Shown one piece after another: positions 15,991-29,680 of a stretch of 64,000 nucleotides of DNA (position 1 is the first letter of the stretch; every line of letters begins with the position of its first letter). Position numbers and translations under genes: made by a program. The notes beneath the pieces are model-generated. The model ran no database searches and was not told the origin of the DNA. It saw only the letters and a list, made by a program, of their open reading frames with translations. This DNA is from the human T2T-CHM13v2.0 reference genome, Homo sapiens, in NCBI RefSeq assembly GCF_009914755.1, contig NC_060936.1; one strand, written 5' to 3'.

Positions 15991-16744
15991 TGGGGGTAAA
16001 GAATAGATAGAGTGCTTGTGGAGGGGTATCTAATTTGAAATGACTAACAAGCTTTTTTTTAAAAAAATTGATCAGATTAGTAGGTTGTGATACTATATGC
16101 ACATGGAAGAGAGGGATACGTAATTGGATTCTGCTGTGTTTCTTTTGAGGTGGTGAAGATGTATATTTTATGCCAATTGTATTGGCATAAAATTTTAAGT
16201 CAAATTTTTCTTATGTGAAATCAATAAAGTGGAAGTTAAATGCTTTGAAAACTTTGTACATATATGTGAATGAAACAAAAAGGTGGGGCTATACTGAGAA
16301 AACTGTCATTCAGTGCTGTTATAAAGATAATGTGGTGATGATAACTACCTTTGCTTTTATAAGGATTTTGGGTTGCCAAAGATAGTTCCTCTTCATTCTG
16401 TAGAGAATAGGAATGGGGAAGTGTTACATTTGTACACCATAAGACCAGATGCACAGTAAGTGGTTACCACATAGCTAATGTAATTTTTGGAATTTACAGA
16501 TATATGTGTATTTTTTCAGGAGGTTTTATAAGTTCAGTGTGATTTGATTACATCCAGATTAAATTTCATTGAAAAGAATGAAGGCAGGTGTCCAAGTTTG
16601 CCTTTTATTCTGTTATTATAATCAACATTTAAAATCATGAGTTCAAAAGATTCATCTACTTAATTCCAGTTTACTGCCAACTGTGTCTACTACTATGCTT
16701 CACTCATACTGGAGAATCAGTTCATAACTGGAGTTACTGTATAT

Positions 16745-16930
16745 CATTGGTTCTCTACCGGGGATGGCAATGCCTGGAGACATCTTTGGTTGTCACAACT
16801 GGCGGATGCTCTTGGCATCTAGTGGGTAGGAAGTCAGGGATGTTACTAAACATACATTGCACAGAGCAGTGCCTCACAACAAAGAATTATCTGTACTAAA
16901 ATGTCAGTATTGCCAAGGTTGCAAAACCCT
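16745..16930. mobile_element. MER20 DNA transposon (internally deleted)
   Basis: tggcaatgcctggagacat...ggttgtcacaactgg...ggcatctagtgggtag...caaagaattatctg...aaaccctg. Confidence 0.85.
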
Positions 16931-17439
16931 GTCGTACACTAAATGATTGAATTATTTTAGCACTCTAATTTTTTTTGGTGCTTATATACATTTTTTTTTC
17001 TTTGTCTTTAAGTGTGTGACACTGAAGCTCCTTTGCCCTCTATTTAGGAATCAATTAGGGTATAAAAGACTGTTTTAAACCCATATGTTCCTAAGTCCAA
17101 AGTGACACTGTTATCTATATTGTTAAAGCATCTGTTATCAGAAGCTGGAGTTGATATGCTTTTGCTCTAGTGAATAGCTTTGCTTGGCTCTGTGGAAGAC
17201 TGATGCAAATTTATAATTAGAGTTGCTTCTGTGTATTTTTCCATTGTATGTTTATATGTATATAGTTTGCAATATAACCTGGCAATAAATGATTCTTCAG
17301 TGAATCATTTCTAGTAATAACTAAATAATATAGACTCTTAAAATTCTGAGGTATTTTGACAGTGTTGAGTTTTTTGGGTGTTGTGATAGTAGTAATTCCA
17401 ACAGGATTTGTTTTAATATGTGCTCTTTTGTATATACAG

Positions 17440-17503
17440 GTAAAAAACTGGGTCAAAGAATTACGGAAAATGTTGGGAAATGAAATCTGTTTATGTATAG
17501 TTG
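17440..17503 (+). CDS. RAB21: RAB21 coding exon 4 (VKNWVKELRKMLGNEICLCIV-G)
   Basis: tatacag acceptor, TTG|gtaagc donor, 64 nt; peptide visible inside ORF 17356..17562. Confidence 0.98.
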
Positions 17504-17629
17504 GTAAGCATCATTACTTTTTTCTAAAAAAAAAGTCCTCTGTTTCCTTAATGTTTTATTGAAGACAAGTAATTTTTGTTTTAAAGTTATATGAGAAAGG
17601 AAGAATGGCATATTAATATAAATATTTTA

Positions 17630-18328
<699 letters not shown>

Positions 18329-18858
18329 CTAAACAGTTGGGGCTTCAAGTTTCCCAGCCTTGCTTCAATTTGACCTTTCTTTTTCACTGTATGATTTTGC
18401 TTAGAAAAAAAGTTTAGTAACTACTTTAAAATAAAATTAAGGAAATGACTTCGGCTTGTGTTCTTATTCTGTACATTTAACTATACATTTTTGAGTAATG
18501 GTCAGATTTGGCCATAAGGATACAAGTAGATCATGATCCCAGGGTGGAGGAATATTCCTAATGGGTATAAAGGAACTCTGCAACTCACTTTTGGACTTCT
18601 GGAATTTCTCTTTGGTTCCCTTTTTCTTTAGATTATTATTTCTGTGATATCACAAGTATTGAACAATAAAAGTATACTAAACACTGTGCTGTGTACTCAC
18701 AGACATTATCTCATGTAATCCTCATAATCCTATGAGGGTTTTATAGAGGAAGGTGAGTCCTGGAGATAATAACTTGCCCAGTGTCAGGTAGCTTTCAGAG
18801 ATGGGATTTGAAATGAAGTCGTTCTGACTCTTAGGTTACTAATCCTTAAGATGTATAG

Positions 18859-19314
<456 letters not shown>

Positions 19315-20151
19315 AAGAATTTTTTTTAACTTGAGTTTACATTTCTTATCTCTTGCCACCATTACATTGGTAGCTTTATAGTACCAGATCAGGGGCAAGT
19401 CTTGGGGGAAAAAAGCGAGATGATTTCCCCTGCGTTTTGGTCTAGATGCTAGATGTTAGGCTAGGCAGGAATATTTCAGACTGGAACACTGAAGTAGTAG
19501 GCTACTTGGAGATTTGGAACCAAAGCTACAGCTAATCAGTACTGAGTTTTGTGTAACTTTGTGTGGTATATGGACTTACTAGGAGTGGAAGTGGCCACAG
19601 TAGATGAATGACTGAAGATTTAATATTTTGGGATTCTGATCATCTTTCTGAAGATAGAAATTACTAACACATACATAAAGTCAAGGAAACCCCAAGAGCT
19701 TGTTACTTGACCAAGGTCACAAAGTAACATTTAAAAAATCATCTAAGTTAAACAAGCTCATGAATAGTTTAAAGTGTGTTTGTTTTTTTTTAATGTTCAA
19801 TGAAGTACCTTTTATGTTGCCCCTCTCTAAAAGTTGAAGGCATAACATTAAATTGAACCTCAGGGAAGATACTTTCACTGGAGCATCAGAGAGAGTGGTT
19901 GCCAGATAGTGAATTGGTTTCTTTAAAAATGTTTATATAGTGTATATTTTTAATGTTCATATTATAAGACGTTTTAGGAATATTGGATCTGGTAGCCTAT
20001 TGCCTCAGGTAGGGTCAAATACCCCATTTAATATTATATAATGTTTATTAATTATTAGTGTGAAGTATAGAAAGCTCTCACTTTCTTCTGTTGACAAGTG
20101 TGACATGGAATTTTACTTGGAATTCAGAGTTGGGAGAATTCTGAGAACTTA

Positions 20152-20205
20152 GGGACTGATTTGAGTAATAATAAAACTCCAGTCTCCCGTTTAAAAAAAA
20201 AAAAA
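20152..20205 (+). mobile_element. Very short polyadenylated retrocopy of an ERV1 LTR (LTR8-like) R region
   Basis: gactgatttgagtaataataaaactccagtctcccg plus A-run, flanked by a 17-bp TSD with one mismatch. Confidence 0.7.
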
Positions 20206-20547
20206 AGAATTCTGAGAGCTTATTTACTACTTTTCCCAAACTTATTAGGATAACTTAAAGGATTAAAAAAAAAGTATTTTGGGCCTCGTTACAGATACAC
20301 TAAATCAAAATCTCTATGGATGGGACTAAGAATTAATTCCTTCTTTTCACCCCATCTTTCTTCCTTCTACAAGTATTTTTGAGTGGCTTCTTTGTACCAG
20401 GCACTGTGTGCTGTTAATTCTGATTTAGTGTACATACACGCTGGTGTTGGAGAACAACTTATTTTTTCTGACACAGTGCAATAAACGAATTTTTCTTCAC
20501 ATTTAGCTGAAATCATACTCCCTGTATCCTTCACTTAACTGATTTTT

Positions 20548-20960
20548 AAAGTGAGTTTTTCATTATATGTACAGAAAAGTGTACAAATCTTCAATAACAT
20601 AATTTTCACAAAATGAAAATTGCACGGTGTAAGCAGTACCTAAGGACCCTGAGTTGTGTTGCTTTTTCATCCCAACACTCACAGTTGTTTTCCCCTCACC
20701 ATTCCCCACCCCCGTCACTATCCTTTTTACTGCATGAATTAGTTTTGTTTTGAATTTTATATAAATGGAATCATATAATATTAACTCTTTTTGGGTCTGG
20801 CTTTTTTGACTTTACATTATGTGCCTACGATTCCTTTATGTTGTATATAGTTGTTCATTTTATTCTGATTGCTGTCTAATACTTTAATCTATGAATACTC
20901 CACAGTTTATCTGTTTTGCTATTGATGGACATTTGCATTGTTTTTCCCACTTCTTGATTT
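20548..20960 (-). mobile_element. Old L1M 3' end
   Basis: tataaatggaatcata...gtctggctt...attgatggacattt. Confidence 0.75.
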
Positions 20961-22345
20961 TTATTCTCTGTTGTAGTAGTTCAGTGTTTATTCTCTCTTC
21001 TGTTTTATTAGTAACTTTGAAATAATACTACTACTTCTCAGGGTTATGATGAAGATTATATAATGATTTGAAAAATACTTGGCATAGAGGTAAACATTTG
21101 ACAAGAATTCATTCTTTTCTCTTTACATAAGATAACCTTTCAAGCATTTGAAGACTACTTAAACGGCTCACTTTAAGTCTTAAATTCTCTAGATCAGCTG
21201 TTTTTTTATGTGGCCTACCTTCCAGACATTCTGATCATCCTGATCATTTTCTCTCCTAGGTTTATTTTATTGTGTCAGTATGTCTCCCACACTTGGAAAT
21301 AAACCATAGAATCCAAATGTTGTTGAGCTAGTATGTTCTTATAGACCCTGTCTCTCTCCTCACACTGGCCTTCTATCAGGATTGCCTGAGATTGCTTAAA
21401 TTTTTTAGCAGACATGTCAACTAGTCTCTTTTACATAGGTTATAGTTATCTAAAATCTCAAGTCCTTTTTTATAAGTATTGCTATTCAGCCAGATGTTTC
21501 CCAGCTTGTTCTCATGTAACTATTTAAAGCTAAGTAGAAATTTCAGTTTGTCATGTTTTTGAATCTTTATGTTTGATATACAGTCTACTAGCATTTTCAT
21601 GTGTAAATTGAATACTTAACCTCCTAGATCCTTATCTAAGTCCCTGATATCCATGTGCTAACCAGTAATAGAGAACCACATGTTTCAATAGCAGAGACTT
21701 TTTCCTCTAGGTTGTCATTAATCCATTGATAGGCACCCTTGGCTGTGGTTGATAGTATTCTGCATCTAGTCTATCCTTAATATTTGTATGTTTCTTGAAC
21801 AAATATTTATTATTAATCGTAGTCACCATTTACTGAGTGCCAGGCACTGTTTTAAGTACACATTTTTTACTTCATTTAAGCCTCCTGACAATGCTGAGGG
21901 GAAGACCATTTCATTTTACAGATGAAAAAATGTGCTTAGAGACCTTGAAACTTCCCAAAGTCACATAGTTTGTTAGAAGTAGACCTGGGATTTTAACTCA
22001 GATCTGCCTGCCACTTCAAGCCCATATCCTTAATAAACACTTCATTGCTTACTATGTGCCAGGCTTTGGGAATAGTGTAGTGAATAAGTAAACAAAATAG
22101 ATACGGTTCTTGTCCTCCCAGAGTCTCTTGTGTGGAAAAAGAGAGGAAAACAAGCTACTATTATATGTTATAATAAATGCTATGGAAGGGAAATGCAGAA
22201 TGGAGTGCTATGAGAGCACAAAAGCAAACAAACTAGATTTGGGGTGCAAGGGGGAGATAAGGGAACATTTCCTAGACCAAGTGTTGGATAAACTAAGTTA
22301 GCTAGATGAAGCCAGTAGGATGATGGTAGAGTGCGTTACCTGCAA

Positions 22346-22418
22346 GGCGTGGTGGCTCACCCCTGTAATCCCAGCACTTTGGGAGGCTGAAGCAGGCGGA
22401 TCATTTGAGGTCAGGAGT
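22346..22418 (+). mobile_element. Isolated 5' Alu fragment without tail
   Basis: ggcgtggtggctcac...gaggtcaggagt, then abrupt end. Confidence 0.85.
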
Positions 22419-22657
22419 AAGTTTGTATTACCTGTCATGGACTTTAATTGTCTTACAACAATATTGACTTTCCATTTGATCATTCACTGTGATGAATGTC
22501 ATTAATATTAATAACTGTTCCTTATTGAGCATATAGTATATGCTAGGCCTTTTACATATATCTTATTTTCACATCAACCCTGCAAGGTTTGTTAGCGACA
22601 CATGCGTACAGTGAGACTAACAGAGGTTAACTAATTTGTCCAAAATATTACAGTTAT

Positions 22658-22996
<339 letters not shown>

Positions 22997-23877
22997 TTAT
23001 CACATTTAAAAGCTTTCTGAAAGCTTCTTTCCACTGTGCCCCACAACCATTCAGTCTAAGCATAATATGATTCTAGTTCTATATCATTAGGCCATTTGCC
23101 CTTAGCAGTGGACATGCCCCTTCTATGTTCTTAATTCAAATATGTATTTTTAAGGAAGATCTGCTTAACTTAGAGGGTAGCTTTTTCCCTCCCTTTCCAA
23201 TAGTGTCAGCCTATTTGTTTATGTTTTTAATTCTTTATAGTACTATACTTTTAAGTAGGTGCTTGCTTTGGTTATTGTCCTTGTTTTCAGGTGTTTTAAG
23301 CCTATCAGAAAGTTCCGTATGTAGCTGCACAGTAGTATTGAAGCAGATATGAGTCTCAAAGCCTTACTCCTTAGCTGTCTTGCTTTTGAAAAAATATAGA
23401 AACTAAAAGGGTTTTTGAGCTTTGGAAAGAGGTCAGTCACTAGCCAGTCAGGTTTCTGCAATGTATTCTGTGCTGTCAATCCATTGTGAACACTGATTAT
23501 TCAAAGAAATAATAGTTATTTAGATTTAAAATATTTTAAGTTTAAAATAATAGGTTATTAAGATAGCTATTTATTAATGGCCTGATTTATTAAAATTAGT
23601 CATTTAAAATATTATCAAATAATAAAGCAGTGTCTGAATTATTTCTCCTAAATGTTCATTTGAGGCAGTAAGGTGATTGCCTGCTTTTCCTCTCTTCACT
23701 CTTTTTATAGGTATTGATGATATTGATGGAATTTGGAACATGAGCCATTAAATACCTAGAAAAAAATTCCATAGGGTTTTAGGTAATTGAAGCAAAATTA
23801 ATATTGCTACTTTTAGTAGGAGACTATCTTATTTTGCCTTTGTGAGGCAGAATCTTTTTCCTGTTTGTTGGAGCCAC

Positions 23878-23895
23878 TGGCCACCAGGTGGTGCT
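23878..23895 (+). promoter_or_regulatory. Candidate CTCF site in intron 4
   Basis: TGGCCACCAGGTGGTGCT closely matches the CTCF core TGGCCACCAGG(G/T)GGCGCT; one C>T at the CpG position; non-repeat context. Confidence 0.55.
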
Positions 23896-24667
23896 TTTTG
23901 CATTCTTTACAGAATAACACGACGGTTTTTCCTCTGGTTACTGTCAGACATTGTCATATTTAGCTAATTAAAATTTCCAATGACAAATATAATGTAGGAA
24001 GTTAGAACTAATATGAAACTTCTTGCTGTGGTAGATAGCTGTTCAAAGAAGGAAGAGTTTGTTACTGAATTTGTTGGTATCCACTGAGCTTTAGTGTTGT
24101 CTGCTTCCCTCTCTCTGATTCTTAGGCTATGGTGGCAGATAGTTTCTTGCAGTTGCCAGCAACTAGGTTCTCAGATTATTCGAGGTCCTCAGTATATAGA
24201 ACCTTTGGACTTGTCCACCTCAGTGCTAAACATTTTATCTTTTATTGGGTGCTTATTTCAATGCCTTATCTGAAATTTATCTGAAATTGTCTCCTAGAAT
24301 CTATATGGTTCCAAGAAAAAAAGTAACCTTATTTATAAGATTTCTCTTTTCTCCCTAAAAGCCATAGTAGAAGAATAAAAATGTTTGTTTGAAGTGTCCT
24401 TCCATAGGGTATTTTTCCTTATCGTTATCTACTGTTTTTATTACCTTTAGCACTCTGGGTGTCCAGCCAACTCATCTTAAGTTCAAGGAATCAGTATTTT
24501 GCAGTTTCTTCATTTTTGTTCTGATGGCTTTTTTTAAAAGTATAATCCCAGCTTGGTTCTGTTGTTTAAGGAGAGCTAAACTTATAATTTAAATCTGCAT
24601 GATATACATATATTAAGTTTTAATAACTCACTAAAATTGTTTTTTAAACAAAGAATACAGTTTTTCC

Positions 24668-25014
<347 letters not shown>

Positions 25015-25510
25015 TTAATTTTTACTTTAACTGGTTTATATCATCCAGGAAACCAAAATACTTGTAGGATCCAAGAGGCTAGATTAATATATTTTAGTAA
25101 ACACTAAGATAGCCATACTTATTGACCGGCTCTAAGTTAATGGGAACTGTAGAAAATTTTGCTCTTACTTTTGATCATTTACACTTGCCTAAGAATCATA
25201 GGTTTATCTCTAGGTCTCTGGTATCCCCCAAAATCAAAAAAGAGTGCCTGTCTCTTTGGAAAAGTTGTTTTCTTTGTCAGAGGCTGCAGATTCAGGAAAG
25301 GTATGAATTGAGTCATTTGAAGGAGGATGAGGCATGATCAACCCTCAGATCACAAGGCTTAACTTTATAATTTCAAGACATTAGAAGTCTGGTGGGGATT
25401 TGCATTATTTTTGCTGGTAATTAAAATGGCAATTTTATATTTAGAATTGGCTTAATTTTGTTATGAAAATAAATCAGTATAAAGATAAATATTTACTTTT
25501 TTCAAAATAG

Positions 25511-25565
25511 GTAATAAAATAGACTTGGAAAAGGAGAGACATGTTTCCATTCAAGAAGCAGAGTC
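25511..25565 (+). CDS. RAB21: RAB21 coding exon 5 (G-NKIDLEKERHVSIQEAE-S)
   Basis: aaaatag acceptor, GTC|gtaagt donor, 55 nt; G4 motif NKxD. Confidence 0.98.
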
Positions 25566-26049
25566 GTAAGTACTGTGACCCTCCCATTCCCCATCACTCC
25601 CTAGTAGAAATCTTCCTCTTTATACGTTTTGCTTTACCATTTAGGTATTACTCAAATCTCTTAGCATGGATTGAGGTGTTGGATTCAGTGAAGCATGTTT
25701 ACATGGTAATTTCTGGGCTTGTGGCAATAAAGCCCTTACTTCCCTTTTTGACTTCAGTGAAAAATACGAGTGATATAAAACAAAACTATCATGATCAAAT
25801 AGGCAGTAAGCCAGAAAAACTTTTGAAGTATTTGAGTCCCAAATTAATCTATAAAAATTTCGAGGCTTGTTATATTTGTGTTATTTAAAATTTGATTTAA
25901 TGTATAGAGAATTTAAATAGCTATATAAACTTAATTTCACTAAACTTGAGTAAATTAATATGTCACTAAAACTGTTACTATAAAAAAGCAGTTAAGACAA
26001 AATCATGAATAATATTTTACATCAATCACCGATGTTACTTTTTTTTAAG

Positions 26050-26138
26050 GTATGCAGAATCTGTGGGAGCAAAACATTATCATACTTCAGCCAAACAGAA
26101 CAAAGGAATTGAGGAACTCTTTCTTGACCTTTGTAAAA
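26050..26138 (+). CDS. RAB21: RAB21 coding exon 6 (S-YAESVGAKHYHTSAKQNKGIEELFLDLCK-R)
   Basis: ttttttaag acceptor, AAA|gtaggt donor, 89 nt; G5 motif SAK. Confidence 0.98.
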
Positions 26139-26399
26139 GTAGGTATATTCAGATTTAGTTTGTTTAGAAATGGTTTTTGGTTTTTATTTTTTAAAAAATA
26201 GTATGTATTTTACACCAGTGTTACTTTTCAAAGAATTGGTTCTTTTTAAACTATTGACTATTGGTAGTATTTCTGAAGTGCTGTAACTATTTTTTTTAAT
26301 GCTTAAATACCTACTTTAACCCTGTTTCAAGCAGTAATTAATGGTTATGAAATCATAAGTATGGTGTGGGCTAAATATATATTATAATATATGCATAAG

Positions 26400-26775
26400 T
26401 ATTAAAAGTGGAAGGGGAATTTACATATTAAAACAGATTTAAGACCTGTAACAACCTCTTGCAATGAATGGACCTTATTTGGACACTGATTTGTCAAACT
26501 AGTGAAAAAGAGTGTTTGTGAAACAAGATATTTGATGATATTAAGATACTATTAATTTTTTAGGTGTGATTATGGTATTGTGGTTATGCTTTATAAAAGG
26601 AGTTCTTATCTTTTAAAGACACATTAAAATAATTTAGGAATAAAGTTATGGGTCTGAGATTTGACTCAAAATAATGGTAGGGATGCTTAGGGTTATTCAT
26701 GAAATTGGGTGATGGATTTTCATTATGCTGTATTTTCTACTTTATGTTTGAAATTTTCCATATTAAAAAGTTTAT
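26400..26775 (+). mobile_element. Old L1M 3' fragment
   Basis: taggtgtgattatggtattgtggttatg...tgtttgaaattttcca. Confidence 0.65.
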
Positions 26776-26925
26776 AGTTTTAAAGAAAAAGGAAAATAAA
26801 TTTATATATATTCTGAAAATCATTTCTTATATTACCAATAAAATGCATATCTGAGTTTATGGACTTTAGACTCTTTTGAGAATTTGATGAAATCATGGTT
26901 TTTCTCTCTAGAAAAGAATATTGAT

Positions 26926-26957
26926 ATGTGTGTGTGTGTGTACACACACACACACAT
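26926..26957. repeat. Perfect 32-bp palindrome A(TG)7TA(CA)7T
   Basis: Read directly from sequence. Confidence 0.95.
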
Positions 26958-27009
26958 TTTGGAATAAATTAGTTTTATAAAACCCTCAAGTCATTCATAA
27001 TTCTTCTAA

Positions 27010-27320
27010 AATATTGATTATGTAAGTGATGTCCCCTGATCAGCAGCATCAATATCACTTGAAAATATGTCAGAAATGCAAATTCTTGGGCTCTCCAAGC
27101 CTGCCGAATCAGAATTTCTAGGGATGGTGCCCAGAATCTGTGTTTTAACAAACGCTTCATATGATTCCAATGCACACTAAAATATAAGAGCCAATGCTGT
27201 ACATAACAACTTGGGGATCTTATTAAATGCATATTTTGATTTAATAGGTGTGGGATAGATTGAGGTCCTCATTTCTACAAGCACCCAAGTGGTGGTGATG
27301 CTAGTCATCAGGATATCCTC
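27010..27320. mobile_element. MER5-family DNA transposon fragments
   Basis: cagcagcatcaatatcac...agaaatgcaaattct...aatctgtgttttaacaa. Confidence 0.75.
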
Positions 27321-27669
27321 CTTCCTTACCTCCCTCCCTCCCTCCCTTCCTTCCTTCTGATAATGCTTTTAAATAACAATGCACTAAGTCAGTGGCTTAC
27401 AAATGTTATAAATATCACATCTTCAAAACAATTTTTGCATGCTCCACATGTTTATTTAGAAATTATATAACATGTACAAGTACTAATATGTACATTTTAA
27501 AACATACCTAAAAAATAGAAATTTTGGAAAGTTAAAAATAAGTAGATATAGAATTTATAATGTTTTCTTATTTCCTCTTGTTGGATTGTCCCACATACCT
27601 CAAATTGTAAACCATTAATCAAGAGCAGTCTCTAATTTAAGAGCCCTTTTGTATTTTAAGGACACCCTC

Positions 27670-28240
27670 TTTTCTTCCTTCATCTTCTCAAATACGTGTT
27701 TTGTAAATACTTTCTCTCAGTCTGTGTTGTGTATTCCCATTTTTCTTACCTGTGTCTCTTAAAGTGCAGTTTTAAGTTTCAGTGAGGTCCAGTTTATCTA
27801 TTTTTCTTTTATGATTCATGTTTTATGTCTTACATGAGAACTCTTTGTGTAAGCCAAAGTCACAAAAATTTTCTCCTATGAAGATTTTTCTCCTGTGTTT
27901 TCTTCTGGAAATTTTGTTTCATGTCTTACATTTAAGTGTATAATTCATTTTTCGTTGTTTTTTGCATAAGATGTTAAGGTGTGGGTTAAGGTTGATTTTT
28001 TTTTTTTACAATAGATGTCCAGTTCTATTAATACTACTGTTTTTTGAAAATATTCTTTCTTCATTGAATAACCTTGGCAACCATGTCAAAAATCAAGAGA
28101 CCATATCTACGGGGTCTATTTCTGGACTGTGTTTTTTTGGTTCCACTGATCTATTTCTCCTATCATTGTCTCACTGTTTTGATTAGTGTAGCTTTATACT
28201 AGTTCTTGCAATCAGGTGGTGTGAGTCTTTCTGCTGTGTT
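27670..28240 (-). mobile_element. Old L1M ORF2 fragment
   Basis: gggtctatttctggact...ttccactgatct...tgtagctttata. Confidence 0.7.
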
Positions 28241-28289
28241 CTTCGAAGTTCCCTCATCTTAAACTCCATTATTCTTCAAATATCGCTGT

Positions 28290-28593
28290 GGTCAGGGACA
28301 GTGGCTCACACCTATAAGCCCAGTGCTTTATGAGGCCAAGGCCATAGGATCACTTGAGCCCAGGAGTTTGAGACCAGCCTGGGCAACATAGTGAGACCCC
28401 CATCTCTAGCAAAAAAAAAAAACTCAGCCAGGCATGGTGTTGCATACCTGTAATTCCAGCTACTCAGGGACTGAGGCAGGAGGATCAACTGAGCCCAGGA
28501 GTTAGGGGCTGCAGTGAGTAAGTGATGATCACACCACTGCACATCCAGCCTGGGTATCAAAGCGAGACCCTGTCTCTCAAAACTAAAATAAAA
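28290..28593 (+). mobile_element. AluJ
   Basis: ggatcacttgagcccaggagtttgagacc... Confidence 0.92.
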
Positions 28594-29010
28594 AGAATCA
28601 TTTACTTAAAAGTATTACATTTCTAGTTGAAGAATAAATCCTGCCCCCTAAATATTACTTGGAATAATTTGAACTTCTTTGACATATTTCTAAGTGTGTT
28701 TGGAAAATCTTAAGGATTATACTTGTACGCAGGCAATTGTTCAGAGCAAAAAAATTTTTTTCTTTATTGATATCACTGTGGCCATTATACCACTGGATAA
28801 ATAAGCTTACTACTTGATACTAGTTTTTGACACTAGTTTTTTAAAACATGCAGGTGAAGCTGTTTTAGTGAGCTGACCCAATGTTCATTATATTTAGTTT
28901 CTTTGTTGGTCGAAAGTCAGAAATAGCTATCATAGTGTTATACTGAAATTTTAGAAAGAGAAAACACAAATATTGTGGTCCTAATAATGTTTGCTTTCTC
29001 TCTGTCTTAG

Positions 29011-29153
29011 GGATGATAGAAACAGCACAAGTGGATGAGAGAGCAAAAGGCAATGGCTCTAGTCAGCCGGGAACTGCAAGGCGAGGTGTACAGATTATTG
29101 ATGATGAACCTCAAGCCCAGACCAGTGGTGGAGGGTGCTGTTCTTCTGGATAA
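29011..29153 (+). CDS. RAB21: RAB21 final coding exon 7 (R-MIETAQVDERAKGNGSSQPGTARRGVQIIDDEPQAQTSGGGCCSSG*)
   Basis: ctctctgtcttag acceptor; TAA at 29151-29153; C-terminal CCxxx geranylgeranylation motif; exon phases add up in frame. Confidence 0.99.
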
Positions 29154-29307
29154 CTGTTCACGCCTAAGAAATTAAAAGACAGAACAAAACTGTGGATCAT
29201 TGCCCTCAACATGAAGACTGCCATATTCCAAGTCACATTATTTTACCAATGGAATTATAGAATTAACAGTATTTTAAATTACGTTTATAACACTGCAGAG
29301 ACCTTAA

Positions 29308-29680
<373 letters not shown>

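Noticed and set aside
25541-25888. 115-aa ORF overlapping exon 5
   Set aside because: Out of frame with RAB21, runs into intron 5, no recognisable domain
29171-29176. ATTAAA 18 nt after the stop
   Set aside because: No clear GU/U-rich downstream element; cannot be supported as a used site
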